A stretch of DNA of 64,000 nucleotides from Octopus vulgaris (GCA_951406725.2 OX597838.1:43896001-43960000); one strand, 5' to 3'. Counted from the first letter of the stretch, positions 45,434 to 60,593 are shown. The notes: a model not told the origin generated them from the letters alone. A program made the numbers and translations.

Positions 45434-45955
45434 TATACCTTCAATTATATTCTCTCGTGCATACACATACACACGAAGCACACACAGACATAGAAACACT
45501 GATGCAGACTCAGCTGTGTCTAAAGGTACATTGATATACACACTCTTCGTACATACGCGCATGAATACATGTAAACACTCGTACGCAGGTACATACATAA
45601 ACCGAACTCTATATAGCAGGCCTTTAGAATTAGCTATTAATTCTGAATAAAACGTTGAAAACGTGCCAGTATTGAAGGTGGGAAGTATTTGCAGTTATAT
45701 ATCACGTGGGGAACATTTGACATCATAATTGTTCTCTTAAATATTTTCTATAAAATTAAAATGAGGAAAAAGACGAAACAAAAATCCGACTCCAAACGCT
45801 TTTAAAAATACAAATTGAAATAAAACTTTCGATCGATTTAAAATGTAAATAATTACCTCAATAATAATTACCATCTCTTTCTTGGCCACAAGGGTTTATA
45901 CATGCAATACAGTACATGCCATTCCAAACAATTCACAAAATGTGAGAATGAATAG

Positions 45956-46004
<49 letters not shown>

Positions 46005-46016
46005 CATATATACATG

Positions 46017-46048
<32 letters not shown>

Positions 46049-46150
46049 CATGTATATATATATGTATATATATATATGTATATATATATGTATATATATA
46101 TATATATATATATGTAACAAACAAAATTAACAGAATCCGAAAGAATTCTA

Positions 46151-47122
46151 ATGGAAATTTCATCGAAATTATCAACACTCATCACGATGATTGACACACA
46201 ATCCTCTATTTTAAAGGAAATAGAAAAACAGTCTACAGACGGAAAACTTGGAAATGAACACATAAACTTTGAAATTAAGAATTTAGCTGAAATGATACCA
46301 ACAATTATAAAATCTACAAGAGAAAGCCTACCACAACCTCCTTGGATGTCAGAAATAAACGAAAGAAATCTGGAAAAAGAGGCACACCGAAAAAGAGAAG
46401 AGATACAGAAGACATGGAAAAAACTCCTTAACATAAGAAAACAAAACTTCTGGAAGGCATATAAATGCGAAAAATATGCTGAAATACATTCGAAATGGAT
46501 ATCTTTAGCGGCACCCATACTTCAATTATTTCTCGACAAATATGCTACAAATTACGGTAAAGACACCAGAACTCCGAGAAATAGCATTAAAAGTGGACAA
46601 CCTCACCAACGCAACATACACCAGAACACGTGGCAACATGAACACCCGTTTCACCACGAATCGAAGACGAACTACGGTAAGAACTCTTCCCATTTTGTAT
46701 GCAAACACCCTAATGCACACAACATGAACAAAAAGCACAAACAAAATAGATATTGTTTTGAACAGACCATTAGCAGTAGAAATAACAGGAGATCATTTTC
46801 AAGACCTCAACAGAGATTACCCACAAGAAACTGGACAAAAAACCGATCTAGATCTAGAAGTAAACCCAAATCATTTCTCCAGGTGGTTAAAAACAATGCT
46901 AACAAGAAATTGAAAAGTAGCATACATAATACCAAAAACAAGACAGAAAACATAACGAAACCAAGTAAAGTACCACAACCAAAACGCAAAATTCATCAAG
47001 CAAACATCAACAGGAATATAAATCATAACCAGAAAAAAATCCATTTTTTTACGTCAGGACAACAAACACCGGAGAAAGAAAAAATCCAAGAGGAAACATA
47101 CCCCAAACAACTGAACGTATAG
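46151..47122 (+). CDS. PLE upstream ORF (helical N-terminus, basic C-terminus)
   Basis: 323-aa non-repetitive ORF overlapping the RT frame. Confidence 0.6.
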   Translation: MEISSKLSTLITMIDTQSSILKEIEKQSTDGKLGNEHINFEIKNLAEMIPTIIKSTRESLPQPPWMSEINERNLEKEAHRKREEIQKTWKKLLNIRKQNFWKAYKCEKYAEIHSKWISLAAPILQLFLDKYATNYGKDTRTPRNSIKSGQPHQRNIHQNTWQHEHPFHHESKTNYGKNSSHFVCKHPNAHNMNKKHKQNRYCFEQTISSRNNRRSFSRPQQRLPTRNWTKNRSRSRSKPKSFLQVVKNNANKKLKSSIHNTKNKTENITKPSKVPQPKRKIHQANINRNINHNQKKIHFFTSGQQTPEKEKIQEETYPKQLNV

Positions 47123-49356
47123 ATCCTAAAATAATTAATTTATCAAAAAGAGATCTTGACAATGATGAAATCCAACTTCTGTCAAAAGGACTGAAATTCA
47201 CACCTACACCAACAGCCAACCACCAAGAATTAAAGGAGGATATCCAAAAATTCTGTCGAAAATTACGACTTGTAGAATTCTTCGCTAACAAAAGTAATGA
47301 GATTGATGAATCCCTAGTAAGGAATAAATCAAATTTCACCCCACCAAAAGGAAGAAATAACTACCTTGACCAATACATTGATATCCTGTCTAAATTTCCC
47401 CTTAGACGCAATACCAATGTTAGGCCAAACATTAGCAAATCAGAGATGTCTGCATGTAAACGTATACAAAACGATCAAACAATAATAATTAAACAAGCAG
47501 ATAAAGGTGGTGCAATTGTTATTATGGATACCGAATACTATAAGGATTTGGTTGAAGACCAACTGAAGGATACAACCTTCTATTGTGAAATACCCGCAAA
47601 TATAGACCACCACATCATGAAAAAGATCAACAACCTGATTTCAACACACCACAACTCACTTACGGATAATGAAAAAGACTACATCACCAATTTTGAACCA
47701 AAACCCAGCAACTTCTACGGCTTACCAAAAATACACAAATCAAAAAACATTCAACAGGCAGTAAAAGAACAAGAAAGTGAGTACATAAAATTATTACATC
47801 CAAAAGACCTAAAACTTAGACCTATTATAGCTGGTCCAGCATGCCCTACACACCGTCTAAGCAATTTTATTGACATTGTTTTGAAACCACTATGTACTTA
47901 CATACCAAGTTTCATCAGGGATGACATCGACTTCCTGTCCCATCTTCCCAAAACAACAGAAACAAATTCAGTTTTACTAAGTTTTGATGTGGTAAGCCTC
48001 TACACCAATATTCCACACGATTTAGGAATAAAGGCGATTAAATACTGGTTAGAAAAACATAGAGAAGTGATTCCCAGCAGATTCACAGTGCCATTTATAT
48101 TAGACACAGTCAAACTTATTCTAGAAAATAACACATTCTTCTTCAATGGAAAGAATTACATCCAAATTAGAGGCACGGCGATGGGAACGAGGTTTGCTCC
48201 CGTTTACGCCAACTCTGTAATGGGATACTTAGAAGAACAACTCTACCAAGAGGTGGAGGTAAACTATGGCACTGGACTTAGAAAGTATATTGAAAAGGCA
48301 TGGAAGAGATACCTAGACGACTGTTTCATAATCTGGACAGAATCTCTAAATACTCTGGAAGAGTTCAATATCCTCCTGAACAACCTACACCCATCTCTCA
48401 AATTTACAAAGGAGATGAGTAGTACCAAATTACCATTCCTGGATATAATGGTAATTAAAAAAGAAACCACCATCACCACAGATATATACTATAAACACAC
48501 AGACACACATCAATACCTAAATTTTAAGTCGTGCCATCCACCACATACAAAACGTAACATCCCATACTGCCTAGCCAGAAGAATTTGTACTATTGTAGAA
48601 GATGCAAATATCAGGAACAAACGCCTAATAGAACTAAGAGAATTTTTGCTCAAACAAAAATACCCATCTCTACTTATAGAAAATGGCATACAGCGGGCTA
48701 TAAAAATACCTATACAACAACTTAGGACAACCCAAGGAAGAGGAAAACAAGAACAAGTCATACCATTCATAGTGACACACAACCCATGTCACCAGAATAT
48801 CTTCAACATTGCCAAAGCAAACCTACCAATCATTGCCCAAAGTAATGAATTAAAAGACATAATCAAGGATCGAGCTATGGTGCTTAGTAAAAGACATCCT
48901 AAAAACTTGAAAACATTACTAACAAAGGCAAAATTTGACCTCAGCAACAAAGACCAAACATTCACGGTATCTAAATGCAATGATAGCCGATGTGGCACAT
49001 GCCAATTCATACATACCGGTCAATATATAAACACAAAAACCGGGAAAATATTCACAAACGCGAATATGAACTGCAAAAGCAGAAATTTAATTTACTGCAT
49101 CAAATGCCCAAATTGTGAAGAAATATATGTAGGTCAGACGGGAAACGCACTATTAGAACGCTCACGTGTACACCGGCAACAGATTAGAGACCCAGAGGTC
49201 CGTCAGATACCTTTGAGTAACCACCTAGCAACATGTGGTCGGAAAATATATATAATATTTCCATTCTACAAATTACACAGCCCAAGTGAAATCGAGAGGA
49301 AAATCAGAGAAAAGAATTTTATTGATAAATTCGAACCCAAGCTAAATAAGCAATAA
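47029..49356 (+). CDS. PLE reverse transcriptase + GIY-YIG endonuclease (frame open from 47029; first ATG 47446)
   Basis: IINLS..LLSKGLKFTPTP, ADKGGAIV, YGLPKIHK, FDVVSLYTNIP, GTAMGT, RYLDD, CNDSRCGTC, LIYCIKCPNCEEIYVGQT; no stops. Confidence 0.93.
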   Translation, partial: PEKNPFFYVRTTNTGERKNPRGNIPQTTERIDPKIINLSKRDLDNDEIQLLSKGLKFTPTPTANHQELKEDIQKFCRKLRLVEFFANKSNEIDESLVRNKSNFTPPKGRNNYLDQYIDILSKFPLRRNTNVRPNISKSEMSACKRIQNDQTIIIKQADKGGAIVIMDTEYYKDLVEDQLKDTTFYCEIPANIDHHIMKKINNLISTHHNSLTDNEKDYITNFEPKPSNFYGLPKIHKSKNIQQAVKEQESEYIKLLHPKDLKLRPIIAGPACPTHRLSNFIDIVLKPLCTYIPSFIRDDIDFLSHLPKTTETNSVLLSFDVVSLYTNIPHDLGIKAIKYWLEKHREVIPSRFTVPFILDTVKLILENNTFFFNGKNYIQIRGTAMGTRFAPVYANSVMGYLEEQLYQEVEVNYGTGLRKYIEKAWKRYLDDCFIIWTESLNTLEEFNILLNNLHPSLKFTKEMSSTKLPFLDIMVIKKETTITTDIYYKHTDTHQYLNFKSCHPPHTKRNIPYCLARRICTIVEDANIRNKRLIELREFLLKQKYPSLLIENGIQRAIKIPIQQLRTTQGRGKQEQVIPFIVTHNPCHQNIFNIAKANLPIIAQSNELKDIIKDRAMVLSKRHPKNLKTLLTKAKFDLSNKDQTFTVSKCNDSRCGTCQFIHTGQYINTKTGKIFTNANMNCKSRNLIYCIKCPNCEEIYVGQTGNALLERSRVHRQQIRDPEVRQIPLSNHLATCGRKIYIIFPFYKLHSPSEIERKIREKNFIDKFEPKLNKQ

Positions 49357-49850
49357 TAATAATACTTAGAGGTATTACTTCCACTGCTACGACCATGACC
49401 ACTAACAACAACAACAATACTAAAGGTGATCAAGACGAAGATAGCAGGAAAATTGTCTTATTTAGGGTTAAAAGTTCTATTGCCACCACCATCACCACTA
49501 GCAACAATAATTAAGGTGCTGACAATGATGATGATGACAATTGAAATATAAAAATATAAAAATCTCTGACAAAGGATATTTACAACATTTCTAAAAATAA
49601 CCCAACAATTGCTGCTTCGGCCAGGGTCAAGATACATGACTCTTGACCTGTCCAACAAAGCGTGATGCCTAAACCAATCAGCTCAACCAACCAATCAGCT
49701 TAAGTAATTGAGTGATACTACACACTGATTGGTCAGAATACAGTTTGCAAAACCTAGCACTCTGGAGCCTACCCAGCTGTACTTATAGCACAGACTCACT
49801 CATCTTGCTACAGTCAAAAATTGTGAAGCATGACTGTCAACACTACTACA

Positions 49851-49895
49851 TGAACCCGAAGATTGCAAAATTCAATGCATGAAAGTACTAGTTCA
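49851..49895 (+). ncRNA. Minimal hammerhead (U4C core) in the PLE pLTR
   Basis: tgaac-CCGAAGA-ttgca aaattcaa tgcat-GAAA-gtac-TA-gttca. Confidence 0.85.
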
Positions 49896-50081
49896 ATCAG
49901 AATGAATATTTAACATTCTACTATTTCATTTTATTTTATTCAATTATAATATATTATCTTATAATATATCATTATAAGATTGAATATAAAACGTGAAAAT
50001 CAGACAAGGTTGGAATTCTTTTTATTAATATATTCTTCTATACACAATCACACACACCCATATATATATATATGTATATGA

Positions 50082-50143
<62 letters not shown>

Positions 50144-50320
50144 CATAAGGGACTATAGCCATCTGAATATGGCTAGGGACAGGGCAGGGTGGTGGGGGTG
50201 TTACTGTTGCATTTAGCCCCAGGCGAACATCGACGTCACCAGAAAGGCCCGACACCGTCACGGTGTCCTTAACCTATCGAGCAGTTACTGTCTATATCTC
50301 TTTTAGAGAATTATTATTGC

Positions 50321-50359
<39 letters not shown>

Positions 50360-50384
50360 ATATAATATATATATGTATAAGAAG

Positions 50385-51261
50385 AAACTTACTTCGAAAT
50401 GGATGCGTGGCGTTCAATCATATAGTAATATAAATAACATATATGCATATATACATACGTGCATGTACATACTTACATATATAGGTATATAAATATTCAT
50501 ATGTGGGCACAGGACGCCACAGAACATAAAACAAATGGAAAACAAGGCAAGCAACACAAGGAACGACCATTCATCAGTTGTCGGCTGTTTTTTGTAATCC
50601 GTATTTCGAGCAATTCACGACAAGATACGCCTTCGATAAAAGAGTTGCACCCGCAAAGCAAATTAAGCAAATTTGGGATTTTGCAGAGGGTCAAAATTAG
50701 TAACAAAAACAGGACAATGAAAAGAAACAGGAAGGGCTGCTAAGCCTAAACGAAGTGAGGTGGCGAAAGCAGAGGAGTAAGCTTGGACAAGAGACAGACA
50801 AAAATGCGTCTGATCCCTCCAGCTAAATTAGAAGGAATAAAAGAAGCACAAGTTAGGAAAAGAAAGTAAGATGGCCGATGGTGACTTGGGAGGAACGAGA
50901 GAGCAAAGGAGGAAGAGAGAGGGAGAGAGAGTGACAGACAGAGGACGGCAGGGGGAAGAGGAAAAGAAGGAGAGAAAGGATAAGAGAGAAAAAATGAGAG
51001 GGAGAGAAGGGGAAATAAAAATACTTAGAGAAAGAAAGAGAAAGCGAAAGAGTAATAGAATAGAAGAGAACAGACGAGTCGCATCAGAATTATAAAGATA
51101 AAACTTACTTGGAAATGGATGCGTGGCGTTCGTTGTTCGCAACGTCCATGTGTTCGTATTTCATAATTCATGTTTTCGTATTTTATGCTGTTCACGTTCT
51201 GTGACGTCCTGTGCCCACATATGTATATACGTATAAGTATGTACATATACGTATGTATATA

Positions 51262-51270
<9 letters not shown>
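50385..51270. mobile_element. pLTR-like island: 31-bp direct repeat (50385-50415/51101-51131) plus terminal inverted copy (~50441-50534/51188-51270)
   Basis: aaacttactt(c/g)gaaatggatgcgtggcgttc twice; catatgtgggcacaggacg mirrored; (TA)n flanks. Confidence 0.65.
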
Positions 51271-51306
<36 letters not shown>

Positions 51307-51308
<2 letters not shown>

Positions 51309-51870
51309 TCTTTACTCTTTACTCTTTTACTTGTTCAGTCATTTGACTGGGGCCATGCTGGAGCACCGCCTTTAATCGAGCAAATCGACCCCGGGACTTA
51401 TTCTTTGTAAGCCCAGTACTTATTCTATCGGCCTCTTTTGCTGAACCGCTAAGTGACGGGGACGTAAACACACCAGCATCGGTTGTCAAGCAATGCTAGG
51501 GGGACAAAGACAGACACACAAACACACACACACACACACAAATATATATATATACATATATACGAGAGGCTTCTTTCAGTTTCCGTCTACCAAATCCACT
51601 CACAAGGCATTGGTCGGCCGGGAATGAACCCGGAACCATGTGGTTGGTTAGCAAGCTACTTACCACACAGCCACTTTATTCTTTTACTTGTTTCAGTGAC
51701 TTGACTGTGGCCATGCTGCAGCACCGCCTTTTCGTCGAGGAAATTGACAGCTGGACTTATTCTTTGTAACCTGGTGCTTATTTTATCGTTCTCGTCTGCC
51801 AAACTGGTAAGTTACTGGGACGTAAAGTCATCAATATCGGTTGTCAAGCGATGGTGCTTGGGTGGGTGAA

Positions 51871-51951
<81 letters not shown>

Positions 51952-52167
51952 CGTCATATACTTGTCATCACTTTTTGATTTTCTGTAAATTTAAGCTTTA
52001 TATACGACGGGCTTCTTTCAGTTTCCGTCATTTAAATCCACTCAGAAGGCTTTGGTCGTCCCGTGGATAAAGTAGAAGACACTTGCGCAAGGTGCCCCGC
52101 AGCGGCACTGGACCCGGAACCATATGATTGGGAAGCAAGCTTTTTACCACACAGTCACGCAGGCACC
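51307..52167 (-). mobile_element. Cluster of SINE A-related copies with (AAAGAGT)n-type tail
   Basis: Reverse complements of SINE A segments and of the 39290-39490/55620-55800 tail region. Confidence 0.7.
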
Positions 52168-52199
<32 letters not shown>

Positions 52200-52200
52200 C

Positions 52201-52235
<35 letters not shown>

Positions 52236-53093
52236 GCGCGTGTGCGTTTAAAGTGTTTGCGCGCATGCGTGTGTTCGTGCATGCGTTTGTTCGTGCATGC
52301 ATGTGCACGCGGGCGTGTTTGTGTGTATGTATGGTAAACAGAGAATGGTGGAAAACAATGAAATATGTTATACCGAGACAGTTTGTGCGGCGCTCTGGCA
52401 GAATCATAAGCACTCCGGACGAAATACTTTGCGGTGCTACGTTAGGAGTTGTAATTCGGCTGAGGTCGACTTTTCATTTCATCCTTTGGCGGTCAAAAAA
52501 ACAAGTACCAGCCGAGCACTGAGGTCGATGTAATCGAGTTCGCCTCTTCCCCGAAATTGCTGGCCTTGTCTCAAAATCTGAAACCAATATATTAAGGCGA
52601 TTTTGAAACTTAGAATACAATCAAATGGACAGCCTTTGGCAAAGTGGTGACAAGACAATAAGTAAATTACTTCAGTGCATGAAATGACGCCTTCCACTTT
52701 TTCCTTCTCTCTCCTACAAGCTAAACCTTCTGAAAATACCGGTGAACATCTTGAATTTGAACCCTATTACGTCGTCCTTCACAGAAAATAAAAGAACCCA
52801 TAAAAACAATAAGAATCCAATTTTTAGTTTCTCATAGTCTGAGAAATAAGGAGATTGCTCAAAAATGTTCCGTGGCTGGTAGCTCTCTCTTCAGAGAAAA
52901 GGCATCTGTCTCAATTCTTTCAGGAAATGCTTTCCTGAAAAGTTCATAGAAACCTGTTGCTGGTACTTATCGATCATCTAGTACTTATCGATCGATTTCA
53001 CAAAAATAAAACACCAAGTGGACCTCGGCGGAATTTGAACTCAGAATATGAAGATAGGTGCAGGAGTGGCTGTGTGATAAGAAGCTTGCTTCC

Positions 53094-55448
53094 GGTTACC
53101 CAGAGTTCATTTTTTTAATTTTGTGCGAAGTAGACATGTTTTTTGCTGTGCGATGTTTTTCCTCTTGTGATCATTCATTCATTGTTCGACCGTGGTCGAG
53201 ACAATGGAATTTACCATGCTACGCCAGACTTCACGGTCCATCATGGCATTACGGAGGTCCTGTTGCTGGATGTAGGAGAGTGTGCGCCCTCTGGTATTGC
53301 TTCCAGAGGAGAAGAGTTGAAATTGCCTCGTTTTCAGCTCTACAACAATGTCCAGCAAACTGGACTCTCCTACCTTTCACAAGAGATGATACAGGTGGTA
53401 GTTTCCCATATATTTGCATTTTGGTTGGATGACGCTTCCACGAGAGATTTTGAGCTCTCATAAGGAGGCGAGTGTAGGTTCCATCCAACCGCCTCTCAAG
53501 CTTCTTTGATAACGTCCAGGTTTCTGAGCCATATAGTAGAATTGGTTCGACTGTGGCTTTGAAGATTTCAAGTTTGAAGTCTCTACTTAGATTTGATGAC
53601 CAGATCTTATGCATGCCATTACAGTCTGACCAGGCCATACCCTTTCTAGTTAGAAAATCTTTTCCAGATGATGATATGTATGACCCAAGATATTTGTAAT
53701 CAGAAACCATATTTAAGGGCGCATTGTTGAGAGTGTGGATGATGCAATCACTGTTGGACAGGCATATTTGTAATCAGAAACCATATTTAAGGGCGCATTG
53801 TTGAGAGTATGGATGATGCAATCACTGTTGGACAAGCACGTGTTTATATATTCAGTCTTGGCCTCATTGAGGTAAAGACCTACACAATTTGAGGCTTGTT
53901 CGAGAGATTGTAAAAGAGACTGGGCATTGGAGAGAGAATCACTGATAAGAGTGATGTCGTCAGCAAAGTCAGTGTCTGTCAAGTATTCAGCTGGGTGTCT
54001 GGAACTTCTTGGTTTTATTTCAAAGCCCTTGCCAGAGATGGTATCAACTGACATACGTCCTTTTGTGATGGAGGGACGTTGAACGAGAAGTTGGGAGAAG
54101 TTGAGGTGTTCTTCCCCAGAATGTGATTCGTCTGAGAAGGAATTGATGGAGTACTTGGAAACGATGGACAAGGAAATAGAGAAGAATTATGCAGCGGCGT
54201 CGAGAGAAGAAAAAAATCGAAGAAATAAACCTAGAAGAGCTGAGCAAGTTCAAGAAAATATTTAAAATGGTGGTGGGGAGCGACGTGAAAGTGTTCCCCC
54301 CCATTAAAGAAGCGTTAAAGGAGAAACATGAGAAAACTATAATTTATAGAACATACTCGATAGCGGCCAGGAAGATTGAAGCTATGTCAACAGCTCAAGT
54401 GTAAAAGGCGCTCAAAACCAATCTGGCAGGGAATCACCTACCTCAGAGGAGGTGGAAAATTTGGAACAGTGGAGGTGCGGTTTCGGGAGGTAGCTATCGC
54501 CAGGCTGCATTCAGCAACACCGCTGAGAACTGAAAGTATGATAAAGAATATTACGGTCGGAGACGTTACACTAAAAGTCAGAGTGGAAGGGAGGATTCCG
54601 CGGTGCTATAAATTATGGATTGAAAGGTCACCTTAGAGCGGATTGTCTTTCACCACCTGTGAAGGCTAAGGAAAGCCAAGACCCCGAGAAAGTAGTTGAC
54701 ACTCCACTGCCCGTGGAGGCTGAGGAGAAGCGTGAGAGTGAAACGGCACCACAGACGAAAAAGTACAAGCATCGCGGAAGAGGAGGTGAATACCAGATGG
54801 GAAACGGTGGAAAAAGAGAGAAGGAAGAGGAGAAAGAGGACACACATGGTAAAGGACGACCCACGACCCACACCCACCTGGCTCCAACCCACACTCACTC
54901 TACCCCAACCACTCCCTACAGACACCAACGCCCCCCCATTCCCTGTGTGACATAAACACACAGGAGCCTCGAATTTCCCCACCCCGGCCCTTGGATAAAT
55001 TCGTAATATTATATAACAGTAAAAAGAAGAACTTTGCTACGAGATAAAAACATGGGACAAAGCAACAGAAGTGGACGTAACAAGATGGGGTGTGCCCGGG
55101 TAGGTTTGCTGTGGCGGACCCGGAATACCTCTCGAGATTAACGAATTACGAGGAAGACATCGACTTTGACTGGTGGGTTACGAAAATGGACATCGGCAAA
55201 ATACTGAAAATGGTAATCTATGCATACATTTTAAAGGAACTTGACAATGACATTTTCCAAAGAAGTGGAAACTAGCAGTTACAAAGACACTACCAATGTT
55301 AGTATAAATTAATGTTTAAAAAAGGTAAAAAAAAAAGGTTGTATTAACAGGTTCAATGAAGTCGGCTTCATTTCTCCTTTCATTATATTTAAATACATTC
55401 TTTCCAGGGCCCTTTATGTAAGGCCTTCATGACCAATTTCGTGAAATA
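53094..55448 (+). mobile_element. ORF1-only L1/Tx1-like retroelement inserted in a SINE A head
   Basis: 15-bp TSD aagaagcttgcttcc (53079-53093/55449-55463); frameshifted knuckle VEGRIPRCYK../..KGHLRADC; ends aaataaa. Confidence 0.7.
53172..54057 (-). mobile_element. 5'-truncated RTE LINE nested in the Tx1-like element
   Basis: DTDFADD, YKYLGS, ILLYGSETWTL, (TGAA)n tail; 12-bp TSD tcct(c/t)ttgtgat; internal 74-bp tandem duplication 53690-53837. Confidence 0.88.
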
Positions 55449-56894
55449 AAGAAGCTTGCTTCCCAACCACATGATTCCGGGTCCAATCCCACAACGTGCC
55501 ACCTTGGGCAAGTGTCTTCTACTATAGCCTCGGACTGACCAAAGCTTTGTAAGCTGATTTCGTAAATGGAAACTGAAAGAAGCCCATCATATATATACAT
55601 GTATAAATCTATGTGTGTGTTTGTGTCTGTGTTTGTCCCTCCTCATCACCGCTTGATAACCGGTGATGGTGTGTTTACGTCGGAAAAAAAGATCAATAGA
55701 ATACGTACAAACCTTTTAAAAGTAAGTCCTGGGGTCGATTTGTTCGACTCTTCAAGACGGAGCCCAAATATGGCCACAGTCAAACAAGTAAAAGAATAAG
55801 AGAATAGATGTAATACCTCTAAGAATTTTACCGGCGTGCAAACGATTCTGCATGTTCTCCTCCTTAGGACAGGATAGAATATTAATACCCCAAAAGTCAC
55901 AAATTATATCATCTTTCACATCTTCCACATAAAATCCAGTTGGCACAGTCCACTTCCTACGTCAATTGCAATGTATTACATGCCACTGAAACTAAACTGT
56001 CTGAAAATATTTGTAGTTCTAAGATATTCCTATATAAGTTCTAAGATATTCCTATTCTAAATTTTCCTATTGCAAAGTGATTGAAATTAAAAACGTCTGC
56101 ATTTTAAATTATATTCCAAAGACCAGCTTAGTAATAGCTATTCTATTTTGTTAAATTCTTCCGTATTTCAATAATTGAGCGAAACAAAGTTAATGCGTTT
56201 CAGTATAAATTTAGTGAAAAAAGCAACACTTTGTATAATTTATTTTCAGTTGTTAGACACAGCATTCGATAAGATAACCTGCACAAAAAGTATACAAACA
56301 AAAACTCAGCAGGCATAAGACAAGGTGTAAGTGCGCGGCCTAGTGGTTAGGTGGTTGCTCTCACGATCGCAAAATCCTGGTTTCGGTTCCCGGACGGTGC
56401 GTATTATTTTGAGTCAAACACTTCGCTTCACGTTGTTCCAGTTACCGGAAATGTAAACGAGTAACTCCTTCGACGATAGCGTAGAGTGGGAATGTTGCGA
56501 TCAAGGTAACTTGTACGATTTGGTAACCATGTAACCGGCCCTAACAGACCTATGACTCAAGACTACTTACTTACATATCATACACCATCACTAATCATTA
56601 AAATAACCTACGCATAACATTCCCTAGCAACCGCTGCTCAATAAAACAACACAGTTCACACATATCGCATAGCGTACTTCGACCATTTCCAAACTTTCTT
56701 GCTCATTGATCTCTTATGAACTCTTTTAAATTTCATGTTCCCATCCACTGAAACAGTTGTAAATTTATTTCTTTGATTTCTTCAATACAACATGAACATA
56801 GTCTTTCCCTTCTTTCCAATGTGCAAAGGTCCAAAGTGGTGGCGCCCATGTGGGTTTCGATGGAAATTAATGCGTTAGACGATTAACACTATAT

Positions 56895-58108
<1,214 letters not shown>

Positions 58109-58379
58109 TATATATTCAACCACGTGCTTTCACAAACCAACTTTCTCATATATATATACATACATGCACACATACATACACACGGTGTATCTGTCTTTCA
58201 AATTCATTAACAAAGTATTAGTCTGCCCGGGGCTACAGAAGAAAACACTTGTCCCAGTGTGATAGAATTCGAAACTGTGCTGAGCGATTGCAGTCAGTTT
58301 ACTTTTAAAAAACATAACTGACATATATTCTCTATAATTAACAATGCATTCATCCATTTCCTCTGTCCAATATTCTTTG

Positions 58380-58945
58380 AGGCTCATGGAGGCAGTGTCC
58401 TGAGACACGTCTTCAAACTATCCTATTAGAAGCAACAGATTTAGACTTTCTGACTTTATTTCCAAACGTGACCAACCCACTCGTTCTTGGTCTTCTCTTA
58501 CGCCCACCGCTAGGATAGCTGCCGGTTGGTTCGGCTTGAAGAATTTGTCTCGCGATTCTCTCTTCTGCCTTTCTAATCACTTGTCCGTAGAACCGGAACC
58601 GTGACATCTCAATGCGAAGAAGCAGCAGCCCGGCCTTGAGAGACTCCCTGATCTCAATCTCCGAGCAACGCACGTTATCGAGTAAAGCCAAACGAGAGAT
58701 TCCTCGGAGGAACCCTATTTCAACCGTTTGTATTCGCAATCGTGCTCATTCGGTCATTACACAATATTCGGGTGAGGAGAGACACGAAAACAAAATGGAA
58801 GACAGCAAAATAAGCTTCTTTTGCGACTCCTCTTCTTTTGAAGAACGAATGCCGACACATGCAATTCCACACATTCAACTCAGCCTCCCGTTTCTCAACA
58901 CTCGTCAATACGAGATCCGTAAAATCTATGCAATGGCTCAATGAA
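58380..58945 (-). pseudogene. Decayed RTE-type LINE 3' fragment
   Basis: RIQTVEIGFLRGI..IRESL..LLRIEMSRFRFYGQVIR..RQIL..RPRT. Confidence 0.7.
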
Positions 58946-59248
58946 AAAGCGTGCCATGCTCCTACATGACTGCACTGTACGAGGCTTTAGTGGTGGTTTT
59001 TCAATAACAATATAAACTATGATTCTTTTCTGTCGTTCTGTTCTTTTTCACCTTTATCTCTCCCACTATTACCACAATTCATATGTCACTGATTTAGTAA
59101 AGTACACGCACATACATGTATACATAAATATGTACACACATATATACACATAGACACACTCGCGCATATTACATCCATCTAACCACACGCACAAACATAT
59201 ATAATCACATGTGTAATGCATATCATCTCTGTATCATTCCAATGTTAC

Positions 59249-59305
<57 letters not shown>

Positions 59306-59337
59306 GTGTGTGTGTGTATGTGTGTGTGTGTATGTAA

Positions 59338-59403
<66 letters not shown>

Positions 59404-59547
59404 AGTTACGCATACACTTACATATATGCACATATATTACATACATATACATACAGGAGCATAAAGTTTCTTTTATCTCAGATCTGTCGGCAATGGGAAG
59501 AAAAACAGAAAATAAAGCTGAAGGAAGGTAATGACGCCGACGATGAC

Positions 59548-59578
<31 letters not shown>

Positions 59579-59965
59579 TCATAAAGGGAGAGGGGATAGG
59601 AAGAAAGGTGAAGGAGAAGAAGGAGGAGGAGGAAGAGGTGGAGATGGACATTAACAAACGATCAATGGTTGTTCAGAACTGAAGGAATAAGAAAGAGATT
59701 AAAAGAAACTTCAGAGAAACCGTACGCATATACACATTGCTCACGTGCAGATTCGCATATAAAAAAATTCAGCCATAAGCACATATAAACCCAGAGACAC
59801 TAATTGATGTACATAGCAATACGCACTGTATATATATATATATATACATATACACACACATCTCACATATATATTTATATATAAATACGTATATATACAC
59901 ATACACACACGCACTAACATATATATATATATATGCATATATATATATATGTATATATATATATG

Positions 59966-60006
<41 letters not shown>

Positions 60007-60349
60007 GCATACATACATATATATGTCCATATTTATAAACACACACACGTACACACACACACATGTATGCATACTTACAGATACTTACACAGATAGACAA
60101 ACGCAACCAGTCACACATGCGTACAAAGTTCAACTGATATGGACGCAGTCTTCAGGACGCACTGGCGGCAGAGGCATACAGGCACGTTTATTTCAACACA
60201 GTATGTAGACACAAAAGACAGCGAAACACGAACGTGGCATTTAATTACTCACTTTCGCTCGTTCTAACTCAGTGTAGGTATGTACGGGCACCTATGAATG
60301 TATGTGTGTATTTATATGTGAATGTATGTGTGTGTGCATATATATGTAC

Positions 60350-60405
<56 letters not shown>

Positions 60406-60543
60406 GTATACATACATACATACATATATATATATATATGTACGTATGCATCTATATATTTATGTAGCTATGTATACATACATGTTTATCTATCGATATA
60501 TCTATTCATCGCTATGTATATGCGTGTATGCGTACACACAGAG

Positions 60544-60593
<50 letters not shown>

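Larger units (their letters stand above)
46115..50040 (+). mobile_element. Penelope-like element, Neptune type, with 3' pLTR; (TA)n at 5' side
   Basis: Upstream ORF, RT, Cys linker, GIY-YIG and downstream HHR-bearing non-coding region. Confidence 0.92.
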
